DNA of 64,000 bases from Deltaproteobacteria bacterium (GCA_005879535.1 VBKI01000047.1:88731-152730), one strand, 5' to 3'; counted from the first letter of the stretch, positions 1 through 9,738 are shown. Made by a program: numbers and translations. The notes: generated from the letters alone by a model not told the origin.

Positions 1-378
1 GACGAGATCAAGGCATGGGATCCGAACCTGAGCCCGCCCCCGGTCGCGAACGACTTGCGCAGGTTCGACAATACCGGGGACCTGCAGCACCCCATCATCA
101 TCGGTCACGGCTCGCATGATCCCATCGTCTCGCCGGGCGAGACCTTGGTGTACAAGCGCCTGGTCGAGGCGCGCTTCGGCGTCGCCGGCGCCCGCAAGCT
201 CCTGGCCGTGTATTTCATCCCGGGCATGGGGCACGGCGGAGCCGAATACGACGCCGCGCTCCCCGCCATGTTCAATGCTCTCGAGGCGTGGGTCGACTAC
301 CGCGAGAGCGGCGGCCGCACCGGATCCCCGCCCCCGAACGTCCTGGTGGGCGGGCTGGGTAGCTATCCGCGCAACTGA
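1..378 (+). CDS. alpha/beta-hydrolase, C-terminal fragment (tannase/feruloyl-esterase-like); 5' end lies outside the window
   Basis: Frame 1 is open from nt 1 to the TGA at 376-378. The translation ...HPIIIGHGSHDPIVSP...YFIPGMGHGG...LEAWV resembles the C-terminal catalytic-His region of tannase/feruloyl-esterase-type serine hydrolases. GC3 is high. Confidence 0.55.
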   Translation, partial: DEIKAWDPNLSPPPVANDLRRFDNTGDLQHPIIIGHGSHDPIVSPGETLVYKRLVEARFGVAGARKLLAVYFIPGMGHGGAEYDAALPAMFNALEAWVDYRESGGRTGSPPPNVLVGGLGSYPRN

Positions 379-475
379 CGAACATCTCCGGGGAACGGCA
401 GATGAGCTGCGGAGTCGTAGCGCTGAGAGGCGCTGCGCTCGAGGTTGAGGTATTGCTCCGCATCCGGAGGACACA

Positions 476-1081
476 ATGACGCGTTTCGCTGTCGGACTCT
501 TTGCCGCTGCCGTCCCCGCAATTGCCTTCGCGCAGGCGCCCGCCAATCCGCCCGTGAGAATCCGCGGGACCGTTGAGAAGCTCGACGGGCAGAATCTGAC
601 CGTCAAGGACCGCAGCGGGCAGAGCATGAACGTCAAGCTCGCCGACAATTTCGTGGTCGTGGGGATCTTCAAGGGAAGCGTCGCCGACATTGCAAGCGGC
701 AAGTTCATCGGCACCACGACGGTGGGCGAGCGCGATGGTGCGTTGGTCGCGCAGGAAGTGCACATCTTCCCCGAGAACATGCGAGGCACCGGCGAAGGGC
801 ATTACGACTGGGATCTCAAGCCCGAGAGCAAGATGACCAACGCGAACGTCGCCAACATCGTCAGCGTGGCGAACGACCGCGTGATGACCGTGCAGTACAA
901 AGGCGGCGAGAAGAAGATCCTCGTCACCAAGGACACGGTCGTCGTCACCTACACCCCCGTCGACAAGAGCGAGCTCAAGCCCGGCGCCCGCGTATTCCTG
1001 GTGTCGCAGAAGCAGTCGGATGGAGGCCTGACCGCTGCGCGTGTGAACGTCGGAATGAAGGGCCAGGTGCCGCCGATGTGA
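476..1081 (+). CDS. exported hypothetical protein (repeated beta-rich modules)
   Basis: GGAGG lies 7 nt upstream of the ATG at 476. Signal peptide MTRFAVGLFAAAVPAIAFAQA. High GC3. No catalytic motif recognised. Confidence 0.7.
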   Translation: MTRFAVGLFAAAVPAIAFAQAPANPPVRIRGTVEKLDGQNLTVKDRSGQSMNVKLADNFVVVGIFKGSVADIASGKFIGTTTVGERDGALVAQEVHIFPENMRGTGEGHYDWDLKPESKMTNANVANIVSVANDRVMTVQYKGGEKKILVTKDTVVVTYTPVDKSELKPGARVFLVSQKQSDGGLTAARVNVGMKGQVPPM

Positions 1082-2293
1082 TCACGCGGCGCCGGCGCCA
1101 AACGAAGGCAGCGAGCAACCAGAGGCTCCACCCATCGGCGCCAGCGCTGGCGCAGTGCGATCCGCCAGACGGCGTCGACCCGCCTTGGCCGGCGTCCCGC
1201 GTTCCGATTCCGAGGACCCCCTGGATCCGTTCCCAATGCGCCTGGCAGTTGGTCTGCACCGGCGTACAGGTGAGCGGTCCCAACAGCTCCCGGAAGCTCA
1301 TCACCCGCTGGAACGTCGCACCGTTGTCGTCGCTGGCACCGAGGCTGTAGCCGTCTACCACCAGGTCCGTGCAGCCGTAGATGCGCGTGGTTCCGGGACG
1401 CTGGCCGAGACAGCGCAGGTGCGGAGCGTCCTGCACCGTGAATGCGATCGCGTTCGGCTTGCGGATGTACAGCTTGCCGCTGCGCGTGGCCGCGTACAGT
1501 GTGCCGTCGCTCGCGCGCAAGAACGAGGAGAGTGGGGCCTCGGTGGAGTCCAGGATGGTCTGGAAAGTCTGCCCGCCGTCGAGCGTGACCCTGATGGAGT
1601 CGGAGACAGCCCCGACGATGCGCAGGTAGACCTTCTTCTCGTCATCCGGGTCCACGGCGAGGATCCGCGGCTCCGTCGCGGGGTCGAGCGGGAACGTCTT
1701 CGCGATGCCGGGCGTCGTGAACCGGTCGGAGCTGGCCACGAACGTCCCCGAACTGCTCGAAAACGAGGTCGCGTACGCGGCCCCCGGCTTGGACCGCGCG
1801 ATTTCCACGCCCGTCAGGATCTGCTGAGTTTCGTAGAGATGGGGCGCATCGAAGGTCTTGCCGCCGTCGTGCGAGGCGACCATGTAGCTGCCGGTCGGCG
1901 TCTCGGATCGGGAAAGAAATCCGCCACGAGCTGGTCGGTGATCGAGCCTGTGGACGACGGCCAGGTACACGCGACGTCGCTCGAGCGCGTCATGTTCCTG
2001 ATAGCGCCCGCGTCCGCGAGGAGGGCGCCGTCCGCGGTGAGGTTGTAGAAGCTGACGCTGGCGAACGCGAGCGCCGCGTTGGATCCCGCGACCACCCACG
2101 GCTCGCAACTGTAGCGCCAGGTCAGCCCGTCATCCTCGGAGACGAGCAGGCCGAAGTTGGCTCCGATGAAGATCCTGTGGGGAGAGCTGACTGGAAAATG
2201 GATGCTGAACTCGTCGGGAAAGGCGCCGTCCGCGTGCACAGCGCTGACGGCGCCGATCGCGATCGCCGCAAAGACCACGGTCTCCGCGCGCAA
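975..2293 (-). pseudogene. exported BNR/sialidase-fold protein with MYXO-CTERM-like tail, frameshifted
   Basis: ORFs 1814..2293 and 975..2108 carry the N- and C-terminal parts of one protein. It has signal peptide MRAETVVFAAIAIGAVSAVHA and BNR-type motifs SEDDGLTW, SHDGGKTF, TLDGGQTF and SDDNGATF. The frames switch inside 1900-1922 (...VADFFPDP / ETPTGSYMVASHDGGKTF). The C-terminus GGSHCASAGADGWSLWLLAAFVWRRRR resembles a MYXO-CTERM sorting signal. The in-frame stop comes only 36 codons later (975), while a TGA sits 1 nt out of frame at 1084..1082. Confidence 0.7.
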
Positions 2294-2299
2294 GGACCC

Positions 2300-3838
2300 T
2301 CACGGGAGGAGCTGTGACAGCGGCTTCGTGAATTTCACGATCATGAACCCGTTGTCCTGCCCTGCGAACCAGAGATAGTTCTCGGAGCCGATGGTGCGGA
2401 AGCGCACGTTGGCCGAGACGCGGTCGGTGGTCCGGTCCTTTCCGCCGTAATCGGTCCACAAGGAGGACCCCGGCAGCGTCTTGGTCCGTTGTGCGGGCGG
2501 CTTGTAGTACGCGATCTCCTTCGGAAGATACGGATTGCGGACGTCGAAGACGCGCAGCCCGGCTCCCCAATAGCCGCACGCCATGATCTTCGGATCCGTC
2601 CTGGAGTCGGGGGTGCAGTAATGGGCGGAGTATCCGTAGTTGTCGAGATCGGCGGTGTCCGTCGGGTAGTCGCCCACGTACTGGTGACACAGCGACGCGT
2701 CGTTGACCTCCAGCATCAGCTTGGCGACGAGCTTCGGATTCTTGTCGTCGCTGATGTCGATGATTCGGGCGAACCCGAATACGTTCAGCCCTTTCGAGCA
2801 TGAATCCTGCCGGCCAGCCGCGGGAGAGGCGAGCTTGCTGGTTCCGGTCTCGTCCGTGAAGATGATGTGCGGCTTTCCACCCCATGTGACGGGGATCGAC
2901 TGCTGCGCGACGCCACCGTCGTCCCAGTAGAAGGCGCTGACGAACTTGGGCTGCGCCGTGGCGACACGCTTCTGGATGTCGCTCGTGTCGAGGATCACCA
3001 ACCCATTGGGCCCGGGCAGGCCGAAGGGAACGAAGTTTCCCCAGTGCGTCAGATAGGCGCGATTCCCGTCGTTGCTGATGGAGATGTCGTGCGTCTCGTT
3101 GATGTCGCCGGCGCCATGCCAGAGCAGCTTCGGCACTTTCGGATCGCTGATGTCCATCGCGGTGAATCCGGTGCCGCCGGCGCCGGTGCCGTAGTACGTC
3201 ATGCCATCGGGGGCAAAGTCGCCCGCATGCCCCGTGTGCCCCGGAACATCTACGTCCGAGAGCAGCGTCGGATGGGCGCAGTCGGACGAGATGTCGTAGA
3301 AGGCGAACTGCCGATCCGTGGGCTGGGAAGGCCCGAACCCGGGACCCTTGGTGGCCCCGAGCAGCTTGCGCGGCTCGTTCACCTTCAAGGACTCCCACGG
3401 GTCGATCATCGCCCTGGCGTTCAGGTAGGTGGTGACTTTCGGGCTTGCAGGGTTGGAGGCGTCCACCACGGGGACCCCGGGGTGCGTCTTCGTTGGGTTG
3501 TTGTAGGTACCGAAGTAAGCGCAGTCGTTGAACCAGGTGAGCTGCCACTGGGCGCCCTCTTCCTGGATCTGGCTGACCAGCTGGAGGTTGCAGTTGTATG
3601 CCGTCTCCGAAGCGCTCGGATGACCCGTCCGCTCCGCCAACGTCGTCTGACCCTGCAGCCCCGTTTCGACGCGGTCGCTCGCGCCGCACAGGGCCTTGGG
3701 CACCGGCCGCGTCCATGCGGCCGGAGAGCTGCTCCCGCCGCAAGTGACGATGAACGGCACGAGCGCGAGCAACGGCATGAAAATGGCTGGTCTGCGCAAT
3801 CCGACCGTCACCGGACCATACGCCGAGCGGTTCCGCAT
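2300..3838 (-). CDS. LVIVD-repeat beta-propeller lipoprotein
   Basis: Lipobox ...LVPFIVTCGG. Six hhhhD-hS-type repeats are present (VPVVDASN, FAFYDISS, FTAMDISD, LVILDTSD, ARIIDISD, LRVFDVRN), as in the LVIVD repeat family. The start could instead be the internal Met at MPLLALV. Confidence 0.75.
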   Translation of the reverse strand: MRNRSAYGPVTVGLRRPAIFMPLLALVPFIVTCGGSSSPAAWTRPVPKALCGASDRVETGLQGQTTLAERTGHPSASETAYNCNLQLVSQIQEEGAQWQLTWFNDCAYFGTYNNPTKTHPGVPVVDASNPASPKVTTYLNARAMIDPWESLKVNEPRKLLGATKGPGFGPSQPTDRQFAFYDISSDCAHPTLLSDVDVPGHTGHAGDFAPDGMTYYGTGAGGTGFTAMDISDPKVPKLLWHGAGDINETHDISISNDGNRAYLTHWGNFVPFGLPGPNGLVILDTSDIQKRVATAQPKFVSAFYWDDGGVAQQSIPVTWGGKPHIIFTDETGTSKLASPAAGRQDSCSKGLNVFGFARIIDISDDKNPKLVAKLMLEVNDASLCHQYVGDYPTDTADLDNYGYSAHYCTPDSRTDPKIMACGYWGAGLRVFDVRNPYLPKEIAYYKPPAQRTKTLPGSSLWTDYGGKDRTTDRVSANVRFRTIGSENYLWFAGQDNGFMIVKFTKPLSQLLP

Positions 3839-3907
3839 GGCAGATGTCCTTTCCGTCGAAGCGCTGCCTATCCGGGCCGCGACCGTGCAAGGTCGGTCAT
3901 CACAAAG

Positions 3908-5620
3908 TCAAGGAGCGCTGCGTCGAGGCGCGTCTCGCATCAGACGAAGGGCTTCGAACCGCTCCGCGAAGGGTCGCTTCGAATCGAGCGCGGCCTTCAG
4001 CTCGGTGCGCGCGAGTTCCGTCTTGTTTTCGCGGGCGTAGATCGCCGCGAGATGGTAATGCGGGCTTGGCTCATCCGGCGCGCCGTTCACGGCGGCTTCC
4101 AGCGAGGCGCGGCCGCGGGTCGGATCGCCGGCGCGGTACAGCGCCCATCCCAACCCATCGAGAAGCAAGGGATCGGAAGGGTGATCCGAACGCAAATGCT
4201 GCAGGAGCTGCAGCAACCGCCGCGACGATGCGCCATTCTCGTCCTCGGAAGCAAGCAATCCGGCGAGCTTGTACTCGACGACGTCCAGGTCCGGTCTCCG
4301 CGAGAGAACCTCCTCATAGATCCGGATAGCCTCCTTCGAGTTGCCGAGTTGAGCGCTCACTTGTGCCGCCATGATCTGGAGATCGGGATCGCGCGGGAAC
4401 CGATCGAGCGCTTGTTGCAAGAGGCTCATCGCCTCGGCACTGCGATCGACTTCCAGGTAGTAATCCGCAAGATGTTGCCAGGGCACCGACGAATCCGGTT
4501 GCAACACGAGGCCGCGCCGGAGCGCGGCCTCCGCGGCGGCCGGATCGCGAGCATCCACGAAAGCGTGAGCAGCCAGATAGCGCGCAAACGCGAACCCGCG
4601 GTCGCGTTCCGCAAGGCCCATCAACCGTTCACCGGCAAACGCGGCGCCGCTCTTGCGCGACCAGGCCTTCGCCAAAGCGGTGGCGATCACGGGGGAACGC
4701 GGCGCCGACTTCAGTGACTCGGACAGGTATCGTTCCGCTTCGCCGGCGTGGCCTTGTGCAAGCTCGACGATGCCCGTGAGGAAGGGACCAAATGCCGTGT
4801 CGGGATATCCCTGCCGAGCAGAGTCGACGATGCGTTGCGCCGCGGCCCAATTCTGTTGCCGCATCTCGATTTCGAGCGCCTGCCGGATCTGTGCGAGCCG
4901 TCCTGGCCAGTGCTCGCGCGCGACGGACGCAAATCGGTTGCCGGTCGACTGCGTCTCGGCGCGAAAGCGGGTCGAAGGGATCGGCCCCAATCTCCCAACG
5001 GATTCCTGAAATCGACCATCCGCGGCTTCGGGTTCAGCGCGCGCCGCCGCGCTCCGCACGAGCAACGCCCGAGCCGCAGCGTCCTGGGGCGCTTCCGCTA
5101 CCGCCGTCTGGGCATCGACGTGGGCGCCATGGTAGCGACCGACGCGGAAACGGATCTCGCCTCGAAGCAAGTGCGCATCGGCACGCGTCGGCGCTGCCGC
5201 GATCGCCTTGTCCAGGGCGGCCTCGGGCGCATCGTGCAAACCGCCTTTCACCATCAGGTCGGCAATCCCGATCCAGCCGTTTGGATCTTGCGGTTGCATC
5301 TCGGTGAGGGTCTGAAATTCCAGGAAGGCGACCTCCCGGTTTCCCAGACCGAGCTCCATCGTAGCGAGCTGGGTGCGCGCCTCGGCATTGCCTGGCTCCA
5401 AGCCGAGTGCCTCGTGCAGCTCGCGCCGAGCCTGATCGAGCTCCCGCGCTGCCAGATGTGTCCGGGCGCGCTCGAGGCTGCTCGCCAGGCGGCGCTCTGA
5501 CATGAATCGCGACGAGAGGAACCGAGGCAGTCCCACCGCGGCAGCGAGGATCAGGCACAATGCGATCCATCCCCGCAGCTTCAGCCGATCGCGAAGAAAG
5601 CGGATCGATCGGAACGTCAT
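3908..5620 (-). CDS. membrane-anchored TPR-repeat protein
   Basis: N-terminal TM helix WIALCLILAAAVGL. It is followed by many 34-residue A/L/Y/G-patterned repeats (e.g. ...AEARTQLATMELGLGNREVAFLEFQTL...). Confidence 0.8.
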   Translation of the reverse strand: MTFRSIRFLRDRLKLRGWIALCLILAAAVGLPRFLSSRFMSERRLASSLERARTHLAARELDQARRELHEALGLEPGNAEARTQLATMELGLGNREVAFLEFQTLTEMQPQDPNGWIGIADLMVKGGLHDAPEAALDKAIAAAPTRADAHLLRGEIRFRVGRYHGAHVDAQTAVAEAPQDAAARALLVRSAAARAEPEAADGRFQESVGRLGPIPSTRFRAETQSTGNRFASVAREHWPGRLAQIRQALEIEMRQQNWAAAQRIVDSARQGYPDTAFGPFLTGIVELAQGHAGEAERYLSESLKSAPRSPVIATALAKAWSRKSGAAFAGERLMGLAERDRGFAFARYLAAHAFVDARDPAAAEAALRRGLVLQPDSSVPWQHLADYYLEVDRSAEAMSLLQQALDRFPRDPDLQIMAAQVSAQLGNSKEAIRIYEEVLSRRPDLDVVEYKLAGLLASEDENGASSRRLLQLLQHLRSDHPSDPLLLDGLGWALYRAGDPTRGRASLEAAVNGAPDEPSPHYHLAAIYARENKTELARTELKAALDSKRPFAERFEALRLMRDAPRRSAP

Positions 5621-5706
5621 CGAGAAAGCTGCTTTCCGGTTGAGATATCCGACGCTTCTACTGCGGCAGGTCTTCGGCCGTCCACCGGAGCGCTAGAGTG
5701 CGCCGC

Positions 5707-7404
5707 ATGAACCTGATCGTCTGCGCCCTCCTGCTCGCTGCCGCTCCTGCAACCGATGACGCCCGCTTCGACGTGTTCGCACAGAAGTACGTCCAGGAGC
5801 TCCTCGACCGCGACCCGGAGACTGCGACGCGCCTCGGTGACCACCGCAACGACGCGCGCCTCGACGATTACAGCGCGAAGGGGGTGGAGCGCGATCTGGC
5901 GGCGGCGAAAAGTGGGCTCGCGGAGCTGGCGCGCATCGATCCGAAGAAGCTGTCCGCCGAGGACGCAGTCGATTACCGCATCCTGAAGAACCGGCTCGAG
6001 TCACAGGTCTACGAGCTGCAAACGCTGCGAGGGTGGCAGTGGAATCCGCTGCAGTACAACGTCGGTGGCGCGATCTACGCGCTGATCTCACGAGAGTTCG
6101 CGCCCCCGGAGCAGGGGCTGCGATCGGTCATCGGGCGCCTGAATGGAGTTCCGGCGGTAGTCGCCGCGGCAAAGGCGAATCTCAAGTCTCCGCCGAAGGT
6201 GCATACCGAGACTGCCATCCAGCAGAACAAAGGGACGTCGAAGCTGGTGAAGGAGCAGCTGGAGCCGCTGGTGAAGCAGGCGCCGGGGTTGGAGAAGGAG
6301 TTCCGGACGGCGCAGTCGACGGCGCTGGCGGCGCTGGCGGACTACCAGCAGTGGCTGGAGAAGGAGCTGCTGCCGCGCTCCAACGGAGATTTTCGCCTCG
6401 GCGACGAGAAGTTCCGCAAGAAGCTGAGGTTCGCTCTCGATTCCGACCTGTCGAAAGAGGAGATCCTCCACCGCGCGGAAGCCGACCTCAAGTCGACGCG
6501 GTCGGCGATGTACTTCACCGCGATGCAGATGTGGCCGAAGCTGTTTCCGGAGAAGCCGCCGCCGGCGGATCAGGGCGCCGCGATCAAGGCCGTCCTCGAC
6601 GAGGCGGCGAAGAAGCACCCGAACAACGACACCGTCATTCCGCAGGCGACCAAGGCGCTGGCCCAGACCACCGCGTTCGTGAAGGAGAAAGGCTTCGTCA
6701 CGGTGCTCGAGGAACCGCTGGACATCGTCGCCACACCGGAGTTCCAGCGGGGAGTCGCGGTCGCATCCTGCAGCCCGGCGGGACCCCTGGAGAAGAACAA
6801 GAAGACTTTCTATTACATCTCTCCCACGCCGGAGGACTGGACGCCGGAGCGCGTGGACTCCTTCTTCCGCGAGTACAACGATTCCATGCTGCAGGAGATC
6901 ACCATCCACGAGGCGATGCCGGGCCATTATCTCCAACTGGCGCATGCGAATCGCTTCCGGGCGCCGACGTTGGTGCGCGGCGTGGTCTTTTCCGGCACGT
7001 TCGTGGAAGGCTGGGCGACGTACGCGGAGCAGTTGATGGCGGACGCCGGGTACGGCGGAGCGGACGTTCGCATGCAGCAGCTGAAGATGCGCTTGCGGAT
7101 GATCCTCAACGCCATCATCGACCAGAAGATCCACACCGAAGGGATGAGCGAGAAGGAAGCGATCGCGCGGATGATGAACGACGGCTACCAGGAGGAGGGC
7201 GAGGCCGTGGGGAAGTGGAAGCGCGCCCAGCTCACCTCCACGCAGCTCTCCACGTATTACGTCGGCAATGCGGAGATGAACGACATCCGCACGGCCTGGG
7301 AGAAGAACCACGGCAAGTATCCCGACCTGCGCGCGCTGCACGATGCGATGCTTTCCTTCGGCAACGCCGCGCCGAAGTACGTCAGGGAACGATTGGGAAT
7401 CTAG
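5707..7404 (+). CDS. DUF885 family protein (metallopeptidase-like, exported)
   Basis: Signal peptide MNLIVCALLLAAAPA. The family-typical segment is ITIHEAMPGHYLQLAHANRF. A GTG at 5698 is an alternative start. Confidence 0.85.
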   Translation: MNLIVCALLLAAAPATDDARFDVFAQKYVQELLDRDPETATRLGDHRNDARLDDYSAKGVERDLAAAKSGLAELARIDPKKLSAEDAVDYRILKNRLESQVYELQTLRGWQWNPLQYNVGGAIYALISREFAPPEQGLRSVIGRLNGVPAVVAAAKANLKSPPKVHTETAIQQNKGTSKLVKEQLEPLVKQAPGLEKEFRTAQSTALAALADYQQWLEKELLPRSNGDFRLGDEKFRKKLRFALDSDLSKEEILHRAEADLKSTRSAMYFTAMQMWPKLFPEKPPPADQGAAIKAVLDEAAKKHPNNDTVIPQATKALAQTTAFVKEKGFVTVLEEPLDIVATPEFQRGVAVASCSPAGPLEKNKKTFYYISPTPEDWTPERVDSFFREYNDSMLQEITIHEAMPGHYLQLAHANRFRAPTLVRGVVFSGTFVEGWATYAEQLMADAGYGGADVRMQQLKMRLRMILNAIIDQKIHTEGMSEKEAIARMMNDGYQEEGEAVGKWKRAQLTSTQLSTYYVGNAEMNDIRTAWEKNHGKYPDLRALHDAMLSFGNAAPKYVRERLGI

Positions 7405-8588
7405 CGCGTGGTCACACGCGCTTTCGACGACCCGACTTCCTTCGAGAGGGCCAGGTCCTCGAGGAACACGGCGGCCTCGCGCTGGGCGAGGTTCTCGTCG
7501 ACGACGACGACGGTGCCCTCGTTCAGCTTGTTCAGCGACAGTGCGTCGAGATTCGTCGATCCCACCGCCGTGATGCGCTCGTCGACCACCATGAACTTCG
7601 AATGCATCATCGTCGGACCGTACTCGTATGCCTTGACTCCTGCGCCGACGAGCTGATCCATCCTGGCCCGCTGCTGCGACAGATACGCTTTGGTATCCGT
7701 ACGCTCGCCGGCAGCCAGGACGCGAACGTCGACTCCCTCGCGCGCCTTGCGCATGAGGAGATCGAGGATCGGAACCGATGGCACGAAGTAGGCGTTGCTG
7801 ATCCAAAGGCGCTTGCGCGCGGCTCCGATCAGGAGCTGCGTCAGACGATCGCTCCTGGTCGCCACGCTGTTCTCGCTGCTGCTCACGAAAGCGGCGAGCG
7901 ACCGGCCGGCATCCTCCGAAGCCGGAAACGTGTCGCGGGGCAGCAGGGTCCTGGTCGCTTCCTCCCAGCTCTCCGCGAAGGCCTGCTGCATCTCCAGCAC
8001 GGCGGGTCCACGCACGAGCAGGTTGGAGTCGCGCCACTGCGGCGGCTGGTCCGTGCGGCCGTCGCCGTCCCATTTGTCGTCGATGCCGAACCCGCCGGTG
8101 ATTCCGACGCGCCCGTCGAGGATGAACATCTTCCGGTGCTCGCGGGCCGCGTCGTCCTGCCCAGGAATGGGACGGAAACGATGCGTCGCGCATCCGATGC
8201 CCTCGAGCTGCTTCTGCACGTTCGCGAAATTGGGGCTTCCCAGCGCGTCGACGATCACCCGGCAGGGGACTCCGTCGCGGGTCCTGCCCGCGAGTGCGGT
8301 GACGATCCGGCTGGAGACCTTCCCCTCGCTCCAGATGAAGCTCACCACATGGATGCTGCTGCGCGCCCGTGCGATCTCCTCGATGGCGACGTCGAAGACG
8401 CGGCCGTTGTTGACCACCTCCACCTGGTTTCCGGGCCGGAGCTGGACGCCTACCGTCTGAAAGAGGGCGTTGTCGAAATCCTGCGGCGCGATTGCCGCTC
8501 GATCGAGCCGGAACTCGCCCTTCGGGCTGCTGCGCCCGAAGCAGGCGGCCAGCCAGAGGCATGCGAGAGAAGCGAGCAAGCGCAGCAC
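7401..8588 (-). CDS. phospholipase D / cardiolipin-synthase-like lipoprotein (two HKD motifs)
   Basis: HKD motifs HRKMFILDGRVGITGGFGIDD and HSKFMVVDERITAVGSTNLD. A GTG start at 8588 gives (M)LRLLASLACLWLAACFG, a lipoprotein signal. The 508-aa ORF extension upstream is not protein-like. Confidence 0.85.
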   Translation of the reverse strand: MLRLLASLACLWLAACFGRSSPKGEFRLDRAAIAPQDFDNALFQTVGVQLRPGNQVEVVNNGRVFDVAIEEIARARSSIHVVSFIWSEGKVSSRIVTALAGRTRDGVPCRVIVDALGSPNFANVQKQLEGIGCATHRFRPIPGQDDAAREHRKMFILDGRVGITGGFGIDDKWDGDGRTDQPPQWRDSNLLVRGPAVLEMQQAFAESWEEATRTLLPRDTFPASEDAGRSLAAFVSSSENSVATRSDRLTQLLIGAARKRLWISNAYFVPSVPILDLLMRKAREGVDVRVLAAGERTDTKAYLSQQRARMDQLVGAGVKAYEYGPTMMHSKFMVVDERITAVGSTNLDALSLNKLNEGTVVVVDENLAQREAAVFLEDLALSKEVGSSKARVTTR

Positions 8589-8633
8589 GTGAACATGGTG
8601 CGCACCCGTAATTTCCGCAGCAAGTTGACAGGT

Positions 8634-9554
8634 ATGCGCGAGCTCCTGAACACCGCTTTGCTCGCCAGCCTGCTCGCTGCGTGCGCGAGCCCCCGCCAGG
8701 AGCCCGCGGTCCGCGGCCTGCCGAGGGACGACCCGAGCGCGACACTGAGCGTCGTCTGGGTCGGTCACGCGACGGTCCTGATCCGCCTCGGGCACCGATT
8801 CGTTCTCACCGACCCGAATCTGAGCGGCTCCATGGTGGTCGTGCCGCGCATCACGCCGCCCTCGCTGACCGCGGACCAACTTCCGCCGGTGCAGTTCGTG
8901 TTGCTCTCGCACTTGCACATCGATCACTTCGACCGGCCTACGCTGCGCAAGTTACCGCGCAACACCGAGGTCCTCTTCCCACCCGATGCCGCGAGCTACC
9001 TGCACCTGATCCGGCAACAGCGGAAGCAGGCGATGGAGTTCTGGAAGCCGATCGAGCGGGGCGGGTTGAAGATCACCGCGGTCCCGGTGCGACACGCAGG
9101 CGGGCGTTTCGTGGTCGATGCGCTGTGGAATCGGTCCTCCGCCGGCTACGTGATCGAAGGCAGCGGCCGGCGCGTGTTCTTCGCCGGGGATACGGGCTAC
9201 GACGAGAAGATCTTCGCGCAGATCGGGCAACGGTATCCGGGGATCGATCTGGCACTGCTTCCCATCGCTCCCGCCCGCGGTGGCAACCCGAACCACGCCA
9301 GTCCGGAAGAGGCCCTCCGCATCTTCCGCGACCTCGGCGCCCGGTACATGGTGCCGATCCATTTCGAGGCGTACCACTCGATGGCGGTGCCTCTGGGCGA
9401 GCCGCGCAAGCAACTGGCGCAAGCCGTAGAGAAGAGCGGATTGCAGGGTCGGGTCTTCGCGCTCTACACCGGCGAACGTTGGGTGGAGCCGGACGACGGA
9501 GGGCCACCTCGGGTGACGCGCGAGACGCACGCCGCGGATCAAGCCGCCCGATAG
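8634..9554 (+). CDS. MBL-fold metallo-hydrolase lipoprotein (NAPE-PLD-like / Lactamase_B_2)
   Basis: ATG at 8634 gives MRELLNTALLASLLAACASP (lipobox). VWVGHATVLIRL...LLSHLHIDHFD is the HxHxDH metal motif. This gene is the last part of the artefactual 1173-aa ORF 6033..9554. Confidence 0.85.
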   Translation: MRELLNTALLASLLAACASPRQEPAVRGLPRDDPSATLSVVWVGHATVLIRLGHRFVLTDPNLSGSMVVVPRITPPSLTADQLPPVQFVLLSHLHIDHFDRPTLRKLPRNTEVLFPPDAASYLHLIRQQRKQAMEFWKPIERGGLKITAVPVRHAGGRFVVDALWNRSSAGYVIEGSGRRVFFAGDTGYDEKIFAQIGQRYPGIDLALLPIAPARGGNPNHASPEEALRIFRDLGARYMVPIHFEAYHSMAVPLGEPRKQLAQAVEKSGLQGRVFALYTGERWVEPDDGGPPRVTRETHAADQAAR

Positions 9555-9557
9555 TTC

Positions 9558-9738
9558 TCAGTACACGGTCGTGACCGTCATGTCCTCGCGACCGCTCCAG
9601 GTGCCGGAGATGGTCGGCGACGTCCTTTTCGCGGATGGAAACTCGGTCGGACAGTTCACGCGCTGTGGCGGGTCTGCGCAGCAACTCCTCGCGAATCGCC
9701 TCTCGTACCGTCCGGGTCCGGTCCACCTTCGCAAGCAT
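9558..9738 (-). pseudogene. remnant of a small wHTH regulator (COG3357-type HTH + Zn-ribbon family) lacking the Zn-ribbon half
   Basis: The ATG at 9738 opens MLAKVDRTRTVREAIREELLRRPATARELSDRVSIREKDVADHLRHLERS, a good match to the N-terminal HTH of that family. After this point the frame loses its coding character and runs antisense through the MBL gene. A different frame with high GC3 ends at 9558 (...GREDMTVTTVY*). The interval length is not a multiple of 3. Confidence 0.4.

Noticed and set aside
6033-9554. 1173-aa + strand ORF, together with the 885-aa antisense ORF 6088..8745
   Set aside because: The translations are Arg/Ala/Gly/Pro-rich with no motifs. They run out of frame or antisense through the DUF885 and PLD genes. 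Only the last 306 codons of 6033..9554, the MBL hydrolase, are coding. These are high-GC artefacts.
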